Position numbers and translations under genes: made by a program. Positions 6,728-10,958 of a DNA stretch of 10,958 nt are shown here, piece by piece; positions within the stretch are counted from its first letter, which is position 1; the number at the start of each line of letters is the position of its first letter. The stretch is taken from contig CAXGMD010000092.1 of the NCBI GenBank assembly GCA_964010765.1, forward strand, positions 1 to 10,958. The letters are read 5' to 3'. Under the pieces are notes generated by a model, which had not been told where the DNA came from, searched no databases, and worked only from the letters and a program-made list of their open reading frames with translations. Origin of the DNA: an uncultured bacterium (GTDB lineage: Bacteria; SAR324; NAC60-12).

Positions 6728-7522
6728 ATGTTGAAAGAGAAAAACTTACGAACCCGACGTCTGTTTCGCAATAATGGTCGTTCTCTGGTCATTGCCATGG
6801 ATCATGCGCGTGTCTTTGATACCGTCACCGGCCTGAAGAATATTACCGAGGTCGTCAAGGCAGTACGTGCTGGAGGAGCCGATGCCATTCTGACTCCTTG
6901 GGGTTCAACGGTTGCAGCTGCAGAGGCCTTAGACGGTGGTGGCTGCTGGCTGAGCGTGGACGTCACTCCCCAAAGTATCCAAAGCACCGTGGAAATGGCA
7001 CTGCGTCTTGGAGTCGATGGGATCAAGGTGGAGGTTTATCCCTGGTGTGATCCGAAAGATGATTATTTCAAGCGATACCATGGAAATGAGTCTGTCCTAC
7101 ATGGGATGCAGCTCGCTGCTGAGTGCCAGAAATGGGGAATTCCATTGATGATCGAGAGTGTTCCCGGAGGCTGGCCCAACGAAACCATCCGTACTCCAGA
7201 GATGGTCGCTGCTGCAAGTCGTGTAGCTGCCGAAGCAGGTGCAGACTATGTAAAAACCTTCTACACCGGCGATAAAGAGAGCTTCCGCACTGTCTTGGAA
7301 AACTGCACGGTTCCCGTGTTAATTCTTGGGGGGCCAAAATCAGATTCTGATCGGGGAATCCTGCAGATGGTACGTGATGCTATGGATGTTGGTGCGGTCG
7401 GCATCACGATGGGACGCAACGTCTGGGGACATGCCAATATTGAAGGAATGACCGCAGCACTCGCTGCTCTTATCCACGAAGATGCGAGTGTCGATACGGC
7501 CTATCGCTTGGTGAAATCTTAG
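6728..7522 (+). CDS. Class I (Schiff-base) aldolase, DhnA/FbaB/LsrF family
   Basis: IAMDH, GADAIL, GADYVKTFYTG (Schiff-base Lys codon 7253-7255), ILGGPK and MGRNVW. The RBS GAGGAG (6716-6721) favours ATG 6728 over TTG 6725. Confidence 0.93.
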   Translation: MLKEKNLRTRRLFRNNGRSLVIAMDHARVFDTVTGLKNITEVVKAVRAGGADAILTPWGSTVAAAEALDGGGCWLSVDVTPQSIQSTVEMALRLGVDGIKVEVYPWCDPKDDYFKRYHGNESVLHGMQLAAECQKWGIPLMIESVPGGWPNETIRTPEMVAAASRVAAEAGADYVKTFYTGDKESFRTVLENCTVPVLILGGPKSDSDRGILQMVRDAMDVGAVGITMGRNVWGHANIEGMTAALAALIHEDASVDTAYRLVKS

Positions 7523-7549
7523 CTGCTAACTCTCCCCGCTTGAGCCTCA

Positions 7550-8515
7550 ATGCCTCGTCCTGCTTCTGATCTAATTGCTCGGATTGCCTGGCGCTATTAT
7601 GTCCAGAAGCAGAATCAGGCGGAGATCGCTGCCAATCTGAATCTCTCACGTCAGAGTGTTCAACGTTACCTGAGCCAAGCACTGGAGCAGGGCATCGTGG
7701 TCACACGCATTGACCATCGCTATTTGAGCGAGTGCCTAGAACTCGGCCAGGAATTGCAGTCTCGCTATCGTCTGAAACTTTGCGAAGTCGCTCCAGCTAC
7801 TGCTGAACAAAGTGTAGAGGAGGTGTTTCAAAGTCTCTGTGCACTCGGTGCCCAGGTGATGGAACACTTCATCCGCAGGGAAGATCCCTACACCTTTGCC
7901 CTGGGTAGCGGACAAACAATCCGCCACAGCATCAACCACCTTGAAGAATTTCAGCGCAACGATCACAGCGTCACTTCTCTAGTGGGCTTCACAACACCTG
8001 AAGGTAACCCTAGCGAATTTGATCTGGTCACTCCTTTTGCTGAAAAAACAGGTGCTCAAGGATACTACTTTCCCGCTCCACTAGTCCTTCCTACTCTTGA
8101 TGAAAAACAACTACTGGAACAGCTAACTGTCTACCAACGTGTGATCAAAATCGTTGAACAAGCTAGCGTTGCCTTTGCCAGTGTCTCTCCACTACACACC
8201 AACTCGGCCTTTCTGAAAGAAGGCTTGATGACTACTGAGGAGTGGCAGTACCTGCAGAAACAGGGAGCTTGTGCAGAATTACTCGGTAGGGTTCTGGATG
8301 TGGATGGTCGCTTACTCAATGAAGAATTTACGAATCGACTGGCTGGTGAGGCATTGAGGCCAAATCCAGATCGGCTGTTTGTTTGCATCTCCGGGGGTAT
8401 TCAAAAGCACCAAGCTCTGTACTCTATTCTTCAGGGAAAGTGGGTCAATGGCCTCGTAACAGATGAACAAACTGCCCATTACCTATTGCAGATGGCTCCC
8501 ACTTCGGTTAGATGA
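7550..8515 (+). CDS. SorC/DeoR/LsrR-family sugar-phosphate-binding transcriptional regulator
   Basis: N-terminal HTH ARIAWRYYVQKQNQAEIAANLNLSRQSVQRYLSQA, and a C-terminal effector domain with LGSGQT, FPAPL, GACAELLGRVLDVDG, GGIQK and NGLVTDEQTA. Confidence 0.95.
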   Translation: MPRPASDLIARIAWRYYVQKQNQAEIAANLNLSRQSVQRYLSQALEQGIVVTRIDHRYLSECLELGQELQSRYRLKLCEVAPATAEQSVEEVFQSLCALGAQVMEHFIRREDPYTFALGSGQTIRHSINHLEEFQRNDHSVTSLVGFTTPEGNPSEFDLVTPFAEKTGAQGYYFPAPLVLPTLDEKQLLEQLTVYQRVIKIVEQASVAFASVSPLHTNSAFLKEGLMTTEEWQYLQKQGACAELLGRVLDVDGRLLNEEFTNRLAGEALRPNPDRLFVCISGGIQKHQALYSILQGKWVNGLVTDEQTAHYLLQMAPTSVR

Positions 8516-8595
8516 AGACCCACGATTAACAAATTCAATCATTTTCTACGAGAGGCCTTGCCGTCGCCTCTGCTTCCTTGCCGGAGACATTTCTC

Positions 8596-10131
8596 ATGAA
8601 TTCCCCTTTACTTTTGGGTGTAGACGCTGGCTCAAGCCGAGTTCGGGCACTCATTTTCACACTGGAAGGTGACATCGTTGCAGAGGGTAGCGTTACCCCT
8701 CCATTGGAAACTCCCCATCCTGGCTGGGCGACCTTGGATGCAGATCAACTTTGGCAGGCTTGCTGGCAGGCAATTCGTCGAGCCGTACGGCAGGTAGAAG
8801 ATCCCAAGCGGATTCGGTCTATCGCTGTGACCAGTGTTGCTGAAGCTGGAGTACCCTTGGATGAAGATGATCGACCTCTGCACCCGATCATCACTTGGTA
8901 TGACACCCGTACAAAACCCCAAGCCCAACGCCTTGCCGAACAAATAGGTGAACAGCGGCTGTTTGATACAACTGGGTTGAATATCTCCCCAATCTACACT
9001 CTCTGCAAGCAACTCTGGCTACGCGAACACAAACCAGAAGTCTTCAAGTCAACTCGTCGCTGGCTCCACACCGCAGACTACCTAGCTTGGCGTCTCTGTG
9101 GCATTCCAGCTACTGACTATAGTTTAGCCTCTCGGACCTTTGCACTCGATATTCATTCCTTGCAACTGGCGAGTGGTTTGCTGGAAGAAGTCGGTATTCC
9201 GCCAAGCTGGTACCAGGAGCTTGTTCCATCCGGCACGCGACTGGGCCACATTCTTCCGGAAGTCGCTGAAGCTACCGGATTGTCACAGGATTGCCTGGTC
9301 TCTGCTGGTGGACATGATCACCTGATTGGTTCGATTGTCGCTGGAGCCCTGACCCCTGGAACCTTGGTCAACTCCATGGGAACAGCCGAGGGGGTAATGA
9401 TCTTCATGGACAAGCCTCTGGCAGACCCAACGCTTGGACGCCAAGGCTATGCTCAGGGTGTAGTGGTCACCGATCGGCCCTACTACTACCTGGTTGGAGG
9501 TCTCTTCACATCAGGAGGTGCGGTGCAATGGTTCCATCAACTGACGGAACAGCGCTATAGCCACGAACAGTTGATTGAGGAAGCCTCGAAAATCAATCCG
9601 GGCTGTGACGGTTTGCTCTTCATGCCCCACCTGCGCATGGGCTCGCCACCCAATGCAGTGGAACAAGCTCGCGGTTCTTTCATTGGTTTTGGCACCTACA
9701 CCAACCACTGGCAGATGTATCGATCAATCCTGGAAGGAATGGCCTGTGATATTCGCATGATCACAGAAGCGATGATCAAACCTCTGCCTGAAAATTCAGT
9801 GCAACGCATTCATTGCATTGGTGGTGAGAGCCAAAACCGGATGTTGATGCAGATCAAGGCTGCTGTACTAAACCGTCCATTACAACGCTTGAATATGACG
9901 GAGGCTGTCAGCTTGGGAGCTGCTCTATTAGGTGGGATGGGAGCGGGTTTGTTCAAAAATCTGGAAGAAGCGCTGGGAGGTCTGAAATACGGTGCGGAGA
10001 CCATTGAACCAGACCCAGCGACGATGGAAGCCTATCAAGCTCACTACGAACAAATTTACACACCGGCCTGGCAGCTGCTGCAACCGATGCAAGAACGATT
10101 GCAGCAACTCTATCCGGTGTCTCTCGACTGA
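8596..10131 (+). CDS. FGGY-family carbohydrate kinase (L-fuculokinase/xylulokinase-like)
   Basis: LGVDAGSS, ITWYDTR, TADYLAWRLCG, TDYSLASRT, AGGHDH, SMGTAE, ILEG, IGG and LGAALLGG. GGAG at 8583-8586 favours ATG 8596 over TTG 8578. Confidence 0.95.
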   Translation: MNSPLLLGVDAGSSRVRALIFTLEGDIVAEGSVTPPLETPHPGWATLDADQLWQACWQAIRRAVRQVEDPKRIRSIAVTSVAEAGVPLDEDDRPLHPIITWYDTRTKPQAQRLAEQIGEQRLFDTTGLNISPIYTLCKQLWLREHKPEVFKSTRRWLHTADYLAWRLCGIPATDYSLASRTFALDIHSLQLASGLLEEVGIPPSWYQELVPSGTRLGHILPEVAEATGLSQDCLVSAGGHDHLIGSIVAGALTPGTLVNSMGTAEGVMIFMDKPLADPTLGRQGYAQGVVVTDRPYYYLVGGLFTSGGAVQWFHQLTEQRYSHEQLIEEASKINPGCDGLLFMPHLRMGSPPNAVEQARGSFIGFGTYTNHWQMYRSILEGMACDIRMITEAMIKPLPENSVQRIHCIGGESQNRMLMQIKAAVLNRPLQRLNMTEAVSLGAALLGGMGAGLFKNLEEALGGLKYGAETIEPDPATMEAYQAHYEQIYTPAWQLLQPMQERLQQLYPVSLD

Positions 10132-10142
10132 TTTTCCTGAAC

Positions 10143-10958
10143 TCAGAGTTCCGAGCGCTTGCGGTATGTGTCGCTGCGCTTCAGGAAATCAGGGAGCAGT
10201 TCCAGACCTAGACCTGGATTGGGTTCCAGCCGCAGGTGGCCTTCCTCAATGATAGGTAAGGTGGTCACGATCTCCTTGTACCAGCCCGTGTAGAACGCAC
10301 GAACCGTCTCCTGCAACAGAGCGTTCGGAGCATTCAGTGACAAATGAGAAGACGCCATTAACACTACCGGACCGGTGCAATCGTGCGGAGCTACTGGCAG
10401 TTGATGTGCTTCGGCCATCGTTGCAATCTTCTTCGCTTCAGAAATCCCTCCACACCAGCTGAGGTCAGGCATCACGATATCCACCGCCTTGGCTTCCAGT
10501 AGATCCTTGTAACCTGTTCGGTAGCTCAGGGTCTCGCTAGCAGTGACCGGCAATCCTGTACGTTGACGATATTCCCCAACCACGCTCAGGCTGTCCATCT
10601 TGACCGGATCCTCCATCCAATACGGCTGGAAGGGTTTCACGGCTTCAGCAATTCGGCAGGCTGCAGGAAGATTCCACAAGGAGTGGAATTCAACCATGAT
10701 GTCCATCTTGTCACCAACCGCCTTGCGAATCTTCTCAAAAGGTTCGAGAGCACGACGCAGTTCGGCAGAGCTGATATGCAATCCTCCGTTGTTTTCAGCA
10801 GCATGATCGAAGGGCCAGATCTTCATCGCTTGGATTCCCTGCTGCAAAAGGCTCAGCGCCAGTTCATCGGCTCGATTGAGGAAGGCGTCCAAGTCTTCGT
10901 AGGGGCCTTCTTCACCATCAAGCCCCCAGTTGTCTGTGGTTTGTACAGGACGTTGCCG
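10143..10958 (-). CDS. Mandelate racemase/muconate lactonizing enzyme family protein (enolase superfamily, acid-sugar dehydratase-like); 5' end outside the window
   Basis: The frame stays open to the window edge (RQRPVQTTDNWGLDGEEGPYEDLDAFLNRADEL...). It has AMKIWPFD, three acidic metal ligands (MVEFH, WMEDP, ASET), MPDLSWCGG, APHDCTGP and a C-terminal PGLGLEL. Confidence 0.93.
   Translation of the reverse strand, partial: RQRPVQTTDNWGLDGEEGPYEDLDAFLNRADELALSLLQQGIQAMKIWPFDHAAENNGGLHISSAELRRALEPFEKIRKAVGDKMDIMVEFHSLWNLPAACRIAEAVKPFQPYWMEDPVKMDSLSVVGEYRQRTGLPVTASETLSYRTGYKDLLEAKAVDIVMPDLSWCGGISEAKKIATMAEAHQLPVAPHDCTGPVVLMASSHLSLNAPNALLQETVRAFYTGWYKEIVTTLPIIEEGHLRLEPNPGLGLELLPDFLKRSDTYRKRSEL

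Noticed and set aside
3827..10131. Assigning gene symbols lsrB/lsrF/lsrR/lsrK, rbsABC, xylB or fucK
   Set aside because: Only family-level similarity is supported; diagnostic residues, transporter architecture and the absence of lsrG or isomerase genes do not fit these named systems.
218..10806. Short antisense and alternative-frame ORFs (60-141 aa) overlapping the main genes
   Set aside because: All lie within well-supported CDSs and show no motifs; they are typical shadow ORFs.
1..10958. CRISPR array, tRNA/rRNA, transposase/integrase, defence or toxin-antitoxin genes, frameshifted genes
   Set aside because: No regularly spaced repeats, RNA gene signatures or mobility/defence motifs were seen; all main ORFs are family-typical in length apart from window-edge truncations.

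Overview
Bacterial carbohydrate-catabolism region with ten protein-coding genes and no visible RNA genes, CRISPR array or mobile element. The left block (+ strand, 1-3467) is AT-rich at its 5' end. It holds two MalF/MalG-type (CUT1) ABC permeases, the first cut by the window edge, an uncharacterised 368-aa protein with beta-propeller glycosidase-like motifs, and a classical SDR. After a ~360-nt intergenic region with a hairpin and a candidate sigma70 promoter, a ~50% GC block (+ strand, 3827-10131) follows. It encodes a CUT2 monosaccharide ABC system (binding protein, single permease, half-size ATPase), a DhnA/LsrF-family class I aldolase, a SorC/LsrR-family repressor and an FGGY kinase. A mandelate racemase-subgroup enolase-superfamily gene converges from the right (- strand, 5' truncated). 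The best leads are four: (i) an lsr-like family set whose residues argue against AI-2 and for an unassigned ketose kinase/aldolase route, (ii) an aldolase with an atypical Lys/Glu active-site constellation, (iii) the orphan putative glycosidase, and (iv) a strongly structured 168-nt spacer after the binding-protein gene. Substrates and novelty cannot be established without database searches.
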